NCBI GenBank assembly: GCA_003599425.1
Contig: QZKC01000063.1
Coordinates: 2,835 to 66,834 of the forward strand
DNA: 64,000 nucleotides
Source of the DNA: Nitrospiraceae bacterium
Lineage (GTDB): Bacteria > Nitrospirota > Thermodesulfovibrionia > UBA6902
Direction of reading: 5' to 3'
Shown here: positions 9,957 to 18,251 of the stretch, piece after piece
How the letters are laid out: each line of letters opens with the position of its first letter
Numbering within the stretch: position 1 is the stretch's first letter
Made by a program: the position numbers and the translations under genes
Notes under the pieces: model-generated
Seen by the model: only the letters and a program-made list of their open reading frames with translations
The model's database searches: none
Told to the model about the DNA's origin: nothing

Positions 9957-10622
9957 CTACGGCTGGTAAATGATATTCTCGGACTTTTCCACCAGGGACC
10001 AGTAGATGGAGCGGGCGTCCTCTACACTCATCGTCACATAAATGGAAGTGAACGGCCTGCCTTTGATTGAATTCCATATGGTGAGTATCGGGCGTGAAAC
10101 GTACCATCCGAGATAATTTGCGGCTCTAACAACTCCCGGAACAAATCCCTCCTTCTTAGATCTGACTGACAGGGATATCCCATCGCGGAATTCGACGCGG
10201 TAACTGGTCGGCATGTCCTGAAGTTCCAGAGCGTCGATGTTAAAGGCGCCTGGAGTTGGATTGGGAGTATTACTCGTATCTGTTTCTTCTTCCTTGTTCT
10301 TGTCAGGATCGATATTTATCCGTTTGGGTTCAAACAGTGTGCTCTTTTTCACCACAACTCTCGGTTTAGCGTCCACCGGATCACCCCAGAATTCCATATC
10401 ATCGATCTTCATCTCCCTCAGGATAAGGCCGCGCGATTTCAGCAATACTGTCTTCTCTTGCAGATTGAAAATAAAATAGATGATCGGCTTTTTTGCCAGG
10501 GTCAGTTCTGAAGCAAGGAGGGAAGTTTCACCCTGAGCAACAGTTTTATTGCCGGACAGGGCATCCGGGCATATGGAAACAAAAAGGAGCAAGGCAAGGG
10601 AAAAGATGAAAAAGTGTTTCAT
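9957..10622 (-). CDS. exported hypothetical protein
   Basis: 221-aa ORF with a signal peptide (MKHFFIFSLALLLFVSICPDALSG). Last gene of the lipoprotein/L,D-transpeptidase operon. Confidence 0.5.
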   Translation of the reverse strand: MKHFFIFSLALLLFVSICPDALSGNKTVAQGETSLLASELTLAKKPIIYFIFNLQEKTVLLKSRGLILREMKIDDMEFWGDPVDAKPRVVVKKSTLFEPKRINIDPDKNKEEETDTSNTPNPTPGAFNIDALELQDMPTSYRVEFRDGISLSVRSKKEGFVPGVVRAANYLGWYVSRPILTIWNSIKGRPFTSIYVTMSVEDARSIYWSLVEKSENIIYQP

Positions 10623-10623
10623 G

Positions 10624-11259
10624 TTAAAAGATCAATACCTTGGTGCCGATGGGAATGGAGTCGTAGAGTTCTTTAAGATCTTTGTCGCCGACCCTTACGC
10701 ATCCGTGTGTCACGTTACGGCCGAGAAGCCTTGTATACAATGTACCATGAATCATGTACCCGTCGCCGAGCTCAAACGCATAGTCTCCGAGCACGCCTTC
10801 TTCTACCCTCTCTTTGAAGCTTTTCGGAACTGATTCACCTTCTTCAATAAAGGCCCAATCAGGTTTTGTCCATACTGGGTCTGTCTTTTTTCGCTGTACT
10901 GAATGCTCGCCTCGCGGGGTATCAAAGATCCATTGCCGGTTCCCGGCAGGGTCTTTGAGAATACTGCCGCTTCCTGTTGAAACCACAACCTCTTTCAGCG
11001 TCTGCTCGCCTTTTTTTACATAAAGCCTGTTCTTTGCGGTATCTATTACAAGATATGTACTTTTTGGCGCAAGAGCCGCGAGGCGCTTTTTAAATGACAT
11101 GGTTTTGGCCTGAATATCCTGAATGGCCTTGCCACTTACAGCGCTTCGGGATGCCCCAACCGTATGGCCGCGTCTTGAGAGATAGAAACCGAACGCCTCA
11201 AGCGCCAGAACAAAAGCAAAGATTACAAGCGATATGGTGAGTATTTTCTTTTTCATCAC
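10624..11259 (-). CDS. L,D-transpeptidase (YkuD domain)
   Basis: N-terminal TM anchor. Catalytic motif HGT...THGCVRV near the C-terminus. Confidence 0.8.
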   Translation of the reverse strand: MMKKKILTISLVIFAFVLALEAFGFYLSRRGHTVGASRSAVSGKAIQDIQAKTMSFKKRLAALAPKSTYLVIDTAKNRLYVKKGEQTLKEVVVSTGSGSILKDPAGNRQWIFDTPRGEHSVQRKKTDPVWTKPDWAFIEEGESVPKSFKERVEEGVLGDYAFELGDGYMIHGTLYTRLLGRNVTHGCVRVGDKDLKELYDSIPIGTKVLIF

Positions 11260-12365
11260 TACATGTCCTTTATGGAAGAGGAAATAATATTATCGTAGTC
11301 TATGGCCCCGACGATTGTCACGGGAGTTCCCACATCGACAAGATTATATAGTTCAGCGACATGGTTATTGTCCATTGCAATGCACCCGTATGTCATCCCT
11401 TCAGTTCCACCCCCATGTATCTCGATAAGTCCGCCAATGCCGGCCCGGGCGGGAATAAGCCCTTTTTTCTTGGCAGCGGCAAACTGCCGCAAATCATCAT
11501 CATTGGGATAATTGATAAGCAATGCTTTGTAATAGCGGCTTCTTGCAATTTTTTTTGTAATTCGGTACTTGCCTTCCGGGGTCGCAAGGTCGCCAGCATG
11601 GAGCTTGTCATGAAATCCGTTCTTCCCAAGCCCTATTGAATACGTCTTGTAAGGATCTCCGTTTTTGTAAACTACGAGTTTTCTGTCAATCTTACTCACA
11701 AAGATCGAAAAAATTCCTCCCTCTCTTGATGTCTGAATGGTCTCGTTAACCCATCTCCGCCATTTCTCTATCTGCCCCTTGTCGGCATACCGGTTCAATA
11801 CGGGAGATATGGCTTCCTGCGCCGATGCCAGGTATACGGGGATTATCTTAAGTTTCTTTTCAGCCTCTGAATATTTTTCTTTCTCAGAAAGTCGCTCTGC
11901 TTCCCTCAGAAGCAGTTCCGCGCTCATCAACTGCCTCCTTGAAAGTCTTCCCTCATTGATGAGAGTGGTTAATTTCTTGAGCGTTTCGATCCTCGTCTGG
12001 AAATGAGCGATCCTGCCTGCTACGGTGTTTAGCTTTGCCTGTTTTTCGGTGAGGATCTTTTCGAGCAGGGCATTGCCGGTTGCAAGGATATCGATGAATT
12101 CCTTGCGGACCGCTTCATAATCCCTGAACCATACAAACCTCCCCATCTCATGAATGAGATGGTCCTTTCCATTTCTGAGCAGTGCCTTGTAAGCTTTGTA
12201 CTCAGAAGGTACAAAAGTTTCTGCACCAGCCCTCCAGAGTTCATGTTCCTGCGTTTCCGCAATCGCAACTTCTGGAGGAACTGGTGCAGATTTACATCCG
12301 TAGAGAATGCTCAGGCATACAAGAAGTAATGTACCAGCTATGCCATGAATAAAACGAAACTGCAT
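11259..12365 (-). CDS. L,D-transpeptidase family lipoprotein with long helical N-terminal domain
   Basis: Lipobox LYGC. C-terminal YkuD-type IEIHGGG...TYGCIAMDN catalytic His/Cys motif. Confidence 0.8.
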   Translation of the reverse strand: MQFRFIHGIAGTLLLVCLSILYGCKSAPVPPEVAIAETQEHELWRAGAETFVPSEYKAYKALLRNGKDHLIHEMGRFVWFRDYEAVRKEFIDILATGNALLEKILTEKQAKLNTVAGRIAHFQTRIETLKKLTTLINEGRLSRRQLMSAELLLREAERLSEKEKYSEAEKKLKIIPVYLASAQEAISPVLNRYADKGQIEKWRRWVNETIQTSREGGIFSIFVSKIDRKLVVYKNGDPYKTYSIGLGKNGFHDKLHAGDLATPEGKYRITKKIARSRYYKALLINYPNDDDLRQFAAAKKKGLIPARAGIGGLIEIHGGGTEGMTYGCIAMDNNHVAELYNLVDVGTPVTIVGAIDYDNIISSSIKDM

Positions 12366-12369
12366 TCCC

Positions 12370-12957
12370 TTACTTCTTCTTTTCCATTGCCGCTGTGATC
12401 TGGCCGGAGACTTCGGCTGCTTTGTCTTTTATGCCGTTAGCTTTGTCAAGAGCACCAAGATAGTCCTGACCATCGATCATAGTCTGAACTTCAGCAAGAG
12501 AAGCCTCAATTCCCGCGATATCAGCGCGCATTGCTTCGATATCTGCCTTTGTGCCTTTGCCTTTCGGTGCCTTGGCAAGCATCGCCTTTGCGTCAGTGAC
12601 CGCAGTTTTTGCAGCTTCAAGTGCAGCCATGGCATCATTCTTTGCTTTTTCGATTCTTGCCGGGATCTCGGCCTTCAGGGCATCAGCGCTGCCTTTTACT
12701 TTTGCAAGCATCTCTTTTGCCTTGTCGTAGTTCTTGAAGAATTTGCCATCCTGCACCTTTACTTCATCCATAGCAGCAGTTAACTGATCATTGAGTTGTT
12801 TCACTTCCTCATTTGCGTATTTGTCGCCACCCTCTGCAATAACCGCGTCGATGCCCGCCTTTGTGTCGTTCATCTCCTGTGTCGGCTGTTTTGCGCAGGA
12901 TGTCAGTACCACCAGCATGGTAAGAGCGAGTGTCAAAGAAAGTAATATTCTTTTCAT
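12370..12957 (-). CDS. Ala/Lys-rich alpha-helical lipoprotein
   Basis: Lipobox LTSC. Low-complexity helical A/K/E-rich sequence. AAGGAGG SD upstream of ATG 12957. Confidence 0.7.
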   Translation of the reverse strand: MKRILLSLTLALTMLVVLTSCAKQPTQEMNDTKAGIDAVIAEGGDKYANEEVKQLNDQLTAAMDEVKVQDGKFFKNYDKAKEMLAKVKGSADALKAEIPARIEKAKNDAMAALEAAKTAVTDAKAMLAKAPKGKGTKADIEAMRADIAGIEASLAEVQTMIDGQDYLGALDKANGIKDKAAEVSGQITAAMEKKK

Positions 12958-13019
12958 TTTATGTTCCTCCTTTCCCTAAGGGTTATAATGAATACCTATG
13001 GTATTTGAGGAACATATAA

Positions 13020-13035
13020 CGCAAATTGAATGCCA
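13020..13035 (-). promoter_or_regulatory. sigma-54 (-24/-12) promoter
   Basis: The minus strand reads TGGCATTCAATTTGCG, i.e. TGGCAT-N5-TTGC with canonical GG/GC spacing. It lies about 63 nt upstream of ATG 12957. Confidence 0.55.
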
Positions 13036-13077
13036 CATGAAATTTATTGTAGAACAGGAGGTTACAAATCCGCAACT

Positions 13078-13113
13078 GTCCTCATTTGAGGACATGCTCC
13101 TTATTTGAGGAAG
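13078..13113. promoter_or_regulatory. tandem palindromic sites (candidate enhancer-binding-protein UAS)
   Basis: Perfect palindrome GTCCTCA-TT-TGAGGAC at 13078-13093 and imperfect CTCCTTA-TT-TGAGGAAG at 13097-13113. They sit about 70-100 nt upstream of the sigma-54 element. The 9-mer ATTTGAGGA occurs three times (13003, 13084, 13103). Confidence 0.4.
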
Positions 13114-13163
13114 TTATACTGCATTAAAAATATCTTGCCTGAATATTGCATCAAGGTCCCGGC

Positions 13164-13586
13164 TTAAACAACGATCTCTTTAAAGTCTCTCTCTATATCT
13201 GTAATGAATCTCTCTCTTCTTTTTTTGTAAAAAGATATCTTCTGCTTCATGTACATCCTGAAATTGAGGAAGAAAAAAACTTCAAAGCAGCAGCCGCTTA
13301 CCGCCAGAATAACAATGATCTCTTTCAGCCTGGCAAGGGCCGGATAAATATCTGGGTCTATTTTAAAGATGAACAGAGTGATAACTGCCAGGATGCTTAC
13401 AATAATCTTTGAAATCTTGAAAAATCTTCTCTCGATTTCCGACATCTCGATTTTTTCAATATAATCAAACAGCCTTCCTGCGTTGACCTTGAACGTATCC
13501 CAATCGCATTTTTTTGCATAAAAAAGCAGAGCGTTCCTGTACCTGTTCACTTCATCATTAAATGTTCTGTTCAACTCCTCAGTCAT
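13164..13586 (-). CDS. hypothetical membrane protein
   Basis: 140-aa ORF with two central hydrophobic helices. No family recognised. Confidence 0.4.
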   Translation of the reverse strand: MTEELNRTFNDEVNRYRNALLFYAKKCDWDTFKVNAGRLFDYIEKIEMSEIERRFFKISKIIVSILAVITLFIFKIDPDIYPALARLKEIIVILAVSGCCFEVFFFLNFRMYMKQKISFYKKRRERFITDIERDFKEIVV

Positions 13587-13684
13587 GGCAACTGATAATT
13601 ATATTTTTTTATTGTTCCGTTAAATAACCTTTCTGATTTTTATATCGGTCTTGAGGTAAAAATCCTTTAGTATAAGCCAGCATG

Positions 13685-13747
13685 GTGTCAGTGATTAGTG
13701 ACAGTGCCAGTAAAGAAACGCCTGACACTAACAACTGACACTGACAC
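13685..13747. repeat. long imperfect inverted repeat / hairpin built from GTGTCAG/CTGACAC words
   Basis: GTGTCAGTG (13685-13693) is the exact complement of CACTGACAC (13739-13747), with further partial pairing inside. It lies just downstream of the stop of the cupin-like gene. Confidence 0.5.
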
Positions 13748-13766
13748 AAATTGAAAGCCTGTCCGT

Positions 13767-14321
13767 CTAATACTCTAAGTCCTGTATCGGCTGATCAAGA
13801 TACCCCTCCCTGATCACACGGAAGGCTCCGGTCTCCATATTAACGTCATAGATATTAAAATTCGTCCTGATGTCGATCCCTTTGTTGTGGACCGCGAAGT
13901 TGATCGCAACTGAACCTTCTTCAAGGCTGCTGACACGGTGAAATACCGCTGTCGGCCAGCAAAGCATTGCAGCTCCCTCGTAAATCACTTTGCCGCCTTT
14001 TTTGATGATCTCAGAAGACACCTCGAAGTTCTCTATTTTCCCGTGCTTCCTTGTATAAAGTTCGACATGCCGCGTACCATGCAGCACGATCAGGTTATCT
14101 TCCTGATGTGGATGCATATACCAGGGGCGTTTTACATCGCCGACCGGGCCCGGGGAGGAAGCCCTGCTGACATGTACCACCCGGTCGATTGCCCCGATGT
14201 TCGGGAATGCCTTTGTCGGTACATTATCAAACAGGACCCCTGGGGTCCTGCGGAAAATATTGAGCGGAATAAGCTTATATAAACCAGGGACTTCTTCAAT
14301 TATCCTTATTTCATTGATCAT
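13767..14321 (-). CDS. cupin-fold protein, function unknown
   Basis: Beta-rich sequence with HxH-type WYMHPHQEDNLIVLHG. I moved the start to ATG 14321 (MINEIRI...). The track start at 14510 would overlap the divergent amylase gene. Confidence 0.5.
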   Translation of the reverse strand: MINEIRIIEEVPGLYKLIPLNIFRRTPGVLFDNVPTKAFPNIGAIDRVVHVSRASSPGPVGDVKRPWYMHPHQEDNLIVLHGTRHVELYTRKHGKIENFEVSSEIIKKGGKVIYEGAAMLCWPTAVFHRVSSLEEGSVAINFAVHNKGIDIRTNFNIYDVNMETGAFRVIREGYLDQPIQDLEY

Positions 14322-14397
14322 GCTCCCACTCCTTGTTTTGAAGGTTGATAGATGGCGCCTCTCTATACAATAATTATACCGCACTAAAACTGATATA

Positions 14398-15909
14398 ATG
14401 ATTCTCATGAAAAGAAATCCGAAGCTGTACGAGATCAACGCCGTAGCATGGCTGTACGAGCTATCGGTTGCATACGGCAGGAATTTCACCATAGGGAATG
14501 TCCCTGCCATAGAATGGGACCGGCTGAGACAACTGGGTTTTGAATTTGTATGGATGATGGGCGTCTGGAAGAGAAGCGCAGCCGGAATACGTATATTTCA
14601 GAGTGAGCCGGAATATGAGCACTTCAAAACCCTCTTTGATTCCGTGCTCCCGGGATGGAGCGTTCAGGAAGACCTTGTCGGCTCGCCATATTCCATAGCA
14701 GCGTATGAACCCGACCCTCTTGTTGGGGACCGGGATGATATTGTTGCCTTACGAAAAGAACTTCGTTCACGGGGAATGGGGCTCATCCTTGATTTTGTCC
14801 CGAATCACACAGCCCCGGACCATCCATGGATATTTGAACACCCGGACTATTATATTCAGGCCAGGGAATCTGATTACAAAGAAAACCGCAGCGCTTACCT
14901 TCCGATCCATAAAGATGGCAGGACCCTCTACATTGCGCACGGGAAAGACCCTTACTTCCCTCCCTGGACTGATACAGTGCAACTGAACCACTTTAACCCG
15001 GAGATGCGTTCAGCCCTTATCAAAGAACTGAAAAAGATATCAGAATACTGTGACGGGGTGCGGTGCGATATGGCTATGCTTGTCCTGAACGATATCTTTC
15101 ACCGGACATGGGCCTGGGCGAACAGGTATTCAGGGCACGAAAAACCCGGTGGCGAGTTCTGGAAAGATATAAGATCTGAAATCCCTGAACTCCTGCTTAT
15201 GGCAGAAGCCTACTGGGACACAGAGGATGCCCTGCTGTCCCTCGGTTTTGATTATGTCTATGACAAACGCCTCTACGATCACGTGCGGAATTCATCAGCA
15301 GAAGAAGTTGTTGAACATCTGAAATCGAATGCATCTTTTCAGGAAAAACTTGTCTGTTTCATCGAGAACCATGATGAGCCGAGGAGCGCAGATGTATTCG
15401 GCAGGGAAAAACTTGATGCGGCTGCTGTGCTGTTAATGACCCTCCCTGGAATGAGGCTCTGCCATCATGGCCAGTTTGAGGGCAGGAAGATCAGGCTTCC
15501 TGTTCAGCTCAGGAGGACGCTGAATGAAGAGACTGATACAGGTTTGCGCGCATTTTATGAAAAACTCCTGAAGGTCACAAAACTGGATGTTTTTTCTGAG
15601 GGGGTATGGGAATTAAAGGACGTCTCTCCGGTATTTGATGAAAGCAGCAGAAACCTCATCGCTTACACATGGACCACGGATAAGGCCCTGGCGCTTGTCG
15701 TGGTGAATTTAAGCGGCAACTATTCCCAGGGAAGGATATCTCTTGCACGAGAGATCGCAGCCGCGGATTCGGATTATATTCTCGTTGATGAATTGCATGA
15801 ACAGGTCTATAAAAGAAACGGCCGTGAACTGATGGACCCGGGACTGCATGTGATACTGGAAGGCTGTCATGCGCACATTTTTTTCATGCCAAGGAATTTT
15901 TCGTTTTGA
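14398..15909 (+). CDS. GH13 alpha-amylase-family glycoside hydrolase
   Basis: DFVPNHTAPDHPW, GVRCDMA (nucleophile Asp), EAYW (acid/base Glu) and FIENHDEPR motifs. The start could be ATG 14407 instead. Confidence 0.8.
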   Translation: MILMKRNPKLYEINAVAWLYELSVAYGRNFTIGNVPAIEWDRLRQLGFEFVWMMGVWKRSAAGIRIFQSEPEYEHFKTLFDSVLPGWSVQEDLVGSPYSIAAYEPDPLVGDRDDIVALRKELRSRGMGLILDFVPNHTAPDHPWIFEHPDYYIQARESDYKENRSAYLPIHKDGRTLYIAHGKDPYFPPWTDTVQLNHFNPEMRSALIKELKKISEYCDGVRCDMAMLVLNDIFHRTWAWANRYSGHEKPGGEFWKDIRSEIPELLLMAEAYWDTEDALLSLGFDYVYDKRLYDHVRNSSAEEVVEHLKSNASFQEKLVCFIENHDEPRSADVFGREKLDAAAVLLMTLPGMRLCHHGQFEGRKIRLPVQLRRTLNEETDTGLRAFYEKLLKVTKLDVFSEGVWELKDVSPVFDESSRNLIAYTWTTDKALALVVVNLSGNYSQGRISLAREIAAADSDYILVDELHEQVYKRNGRELMDPGLHVILEGCHAHIFFMPRNFSF

Positions 15910-16002
15910 CTGATATATTGGAAGCAGATAAACCTGCCGACTTGCAGGCAAACTCAGATTTGAACCTCCACGCCTCAGAGACTGTGGGGTACCACCATAA
16001 AG

Positions 16003-16094
16003 TTTCCCCTCCCTTGACGGGAGGGGATGAAGGGGAGGGTGAAAAAACAATCTTATGCACCCCCACCCTAACCCTCCCCCGTCAAGGGGGAGGG
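16003..16094 (+). repeat. G/C-tract structured intergenic repeat, copy A
   Basis: About 92 bp, near-identical to 26845-26936 in the same orientation. Contains hairpin CCCCTCCC-TTGAC-GGGAGGGG, G-tract run 16019-16039, C-tract run 16060-16080, and hairpin CCCTCCCCC-GTCAA-GGGGGAGGG. Confidence 0.85.
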
Positions 16095-16105
16095 CAGCAA
16101 GGAAT

Positions 16106-17281
16106 ATGCTCACACTGAAAGTTAAAAACCAGAAAACAGGCCCGGTCATAAACCGTCACCCGTGGGTGTTTTCACAGGCATTGGAAAAAATCCCTGACAA
16201 TCTGAAACCCGGGACCCCGGTCAAGCTAATCAGCGACCGCACCGGATATCTGGCGACAGGATATTTTAATTCTTATTCCCAGATCGCTGTAAGGCTGTGG
16301 GGTTACGATGAACAGGAGGAGATCAATAAAGATTTTTTTGTGCGCCGTATCCAGAGGGCATCTGATATCCGCAGGAAATATGTTGAAACCCCGGAGACCA
16401 ATGCATACCGGCTGATAAACGGTGAGAATGACTTCCTGCCCGGTTTTATCGTTGATAAATATGACAGGCATCTGGTCATCCAGTGCCATACGCGGGGCAT
16501 TGAAGCTTGGAAAGATGCTATCGTAGAGGCATTGATAGAAGCAGTGAACCCAACCGGAATATTTGAACGGTCTGACAGTTCATCACGAAAGATCGAGGGC
16601 ATGGAAAATAATTCCGGATTGCTGTACGGCAATGTTCCCGATGTAGTGACCATGAAAGAGAACGGCTTTACGTTCCTTGCAGATGTCAAACAAGGGCAGA
16701 AGACGGGTTTCTTTCTGGATCAACGCGACAAACGATATGCGCTTATGAAGTATGCACGGGACAGATCTGTCCTGAACTGCTTCTGCTACACAGGCGGTTT
16801 CTCGATCTATGCCCTTGCAGGAGGGGCCCGCAGAGTTGCAGGGGTTGATGTCTCAGCCTCAGCACTGGAACTTGCGAAGGAGAATGTGAAACTGAACGGT
16901 CTTGACGCCGGGAAATGCGAATTTGTCCGCGATGACGTAAAAGCATATCTGAAGAATGCGCAGACCGGGGAATTCGATGTGATCATCCTTGACCCACCGG
17001 CTTTTATAAAGGACCGGAAGAAGAAAATGGAAGGACTGGTCGGTTACAGAAGTATTAATGAGATGGCGCTCAGAATGTTGCCTGAGAACGGAATACTGAC
17101 AACCTGTTCCTGTTCCGCCCATTTGCCCCTGCTGGATTTCCGCTATCTCCTTTCAGAGACCGGCGGGAAAGCAAAGAGGTCTCTCAGGTTTCTGGAGACA
17201 TATACTCATGGAATAGACCACGCTGTCTTGGCGCCATTTCTTGAAGGAGAATACCTGAAGTGTTTTTTCGTGATGCTTTAG
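16106..17281 (+). CDS. rlmI: 23S rRNA m5C methyltransferase RlmI-like (PUA + class I SAM MTase)
   Basis: N-terminal HPWVF PUA-like region, then GxFLDQR...LNCFCYTGGFS...DPPAF motifs. I moved the start to ATG 16106; the track start at 16055 reads through the repeat. Confidence 0.75.
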   Translation: MLTLKVKNQKTGPVINRHPWVFSQALEKIPDNLKPGTPVKLISDRTGYLATGYFNSYSQIAVRLWGYDEQEEINKDFFVRRIQRASDIRRKYVETPETNAYRLINGENDFLPGFIVDKYDRHLVIQCHTRGIEAWKDAIVEALIEAVNPTGIFERSDSSSRKIEGMENNSGLLYGNVPDVVTMKENGFTFLADVKQGQKTGFFLDQRDKRYALMKYARDRSVLNCFCYTGGFSIYALAGGARRVAGVDVSASALELAKENVKLNGLDAGKCEFVRDDVKAYLKNAQTGEFDVIILDPPAFIKDRKKKMEGLVGYRSINEMALRMLPENGILTTCSCSAHLPLLDFRYLLSETGGKAKRSLRFLETYTHGIDHAVLAPFLEGEYLKCFFVML

Positions 17282-17288
17282 ATTAAAA

Positions 17289-17334
17289 ACCACTGAGTGC
17301 ACTGAGAAAGACACCTCTGTGTCTACGTGGTTCA
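17289..17334 (+). terminator. nested stem-loop after rlmI
   Basis: AACCAC...AGACAC-CTCT-GTGTCT-AC-GTGGTT nested pairing immediately after the rlmI stop. There is no clean T-run, so terminator function is uncertain. Confidence 0.35.
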
Positions 17335-17357
17335 ATAAAAGAAGGAGGTCTTTTATA

Positions 17358-18026
17358 ATGTTTCTTAAAAAAATACTGTTCACACTCTCTATCGTTTTTT
17401 TCATCCTTATCCTTGCGGTCTCTGCCCCCGTATCTGCAGAGGAGACAACGCAGCAGAAGGCAGGAATAATACTGCCTAAGCCACAGGTTGAATACTCCGC
17501 GGATAACTCTCTTGAAATCGGTGGCGCATCTTTTAGCCAGAAAATTTACTATACCCCCGACAGGGAGAGGCGGGACACAAAGACGGATGAAGGGACTCAG
17601 ATTATCATTATTCGAACTGACAGGAAAGTCTCATGGCATTTGATATCCGACCAGAAAATGTACATGGATATGAATGTTATGAAAGGCAGGATAAAAATGA
17701 ACGACATCCTCTCCTACTACAGGATCGTAAAGACCCCGGACGGGGAAGAGGTCATCAATAACATACCGGCACAAAAGAGCAAAGTGGCCATAACAGACCC
17801 CCGCGGCAGAATATATGACGGACTCATGTGGACATCCAAAGAAAATATCGTGCTGAAAATAGAGGCTGCCGCCCGTGATAACGCAACTCAGGACCGATTA
17901 AGGATTGAACTAACGAACCTGCATATCGAAAAACAGGACCCCGGACTTTTTGAGATCCCTGAAGGATACGCAAAAACCGTTATCCTCCCCGGCAGCGGTT
18001 CCATATTAAAGATACCGGTTAAATGA
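17358..18026 (+). CDS. exported hypothetical protein
   Basis: I moved the start to ATG 17358 (MFLKKILF..., signal peptide ending VSA), which has GAAGGAGG 9 nt upstream. No family recognised with confidence. Confidence 0.55.
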   Translation: MFLKKILFTLSIVFFILILAVSAPVSAEETTQQKAGIILPKPQVEYSADNSLEIGGASFSQKIYYTPDRERRDTKTDEGTQIIIIRTDRKVSWHLISDQKMYMDMNVMKGRIKMNDILSYYRIVKTPDGEEVINNIPAQKSKVAITDPRGRIYDGLMWTSKENIVLKIEAAARDNATQDRLRIELTNLHIEKQDPGLFEIPEGYAKTVILPGSGSILKIPVK

Positions 18027-18251
18027 CTCTCACCGTTGCTCTGTTCATGATATTTTGAACAAGAAGGCCGGATGCCGAAGAAACTCAATGGCGACTCCTT
18101 TAAAAAAGAGACAGGCATTTGCCAGATCACGCCTGCAATATGAACCAGAATTATACATATATCAAAATCATATTGGCATCTTAAAAGATTTGTCGATTCA
18201 TTGTGTTTATGAGCTTGAATCGTCTGATCAGTACAGGCTTGCCTCGTCTCT

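Noticed and set aside
13767-14510. The full 247-aa version of the cupin-like ORF.
   Set aside because: The first 63 codons overlap the divergent amylase gene and promoter region and look non-coding. ATG 14321 gives a compact protein with no overlap.
16055-16105. Track start of rlmI at 16055, and ORFs 15709-16149, 15884-16066, 15906-16118, 26772-27011, 26881-27207 and 26954-27235.
   Set aside because: These read through the G/C-tract repeat copies and yield P/G/R-rich pseudo-peptides. The real rlmI homology begins at ATG 16106.
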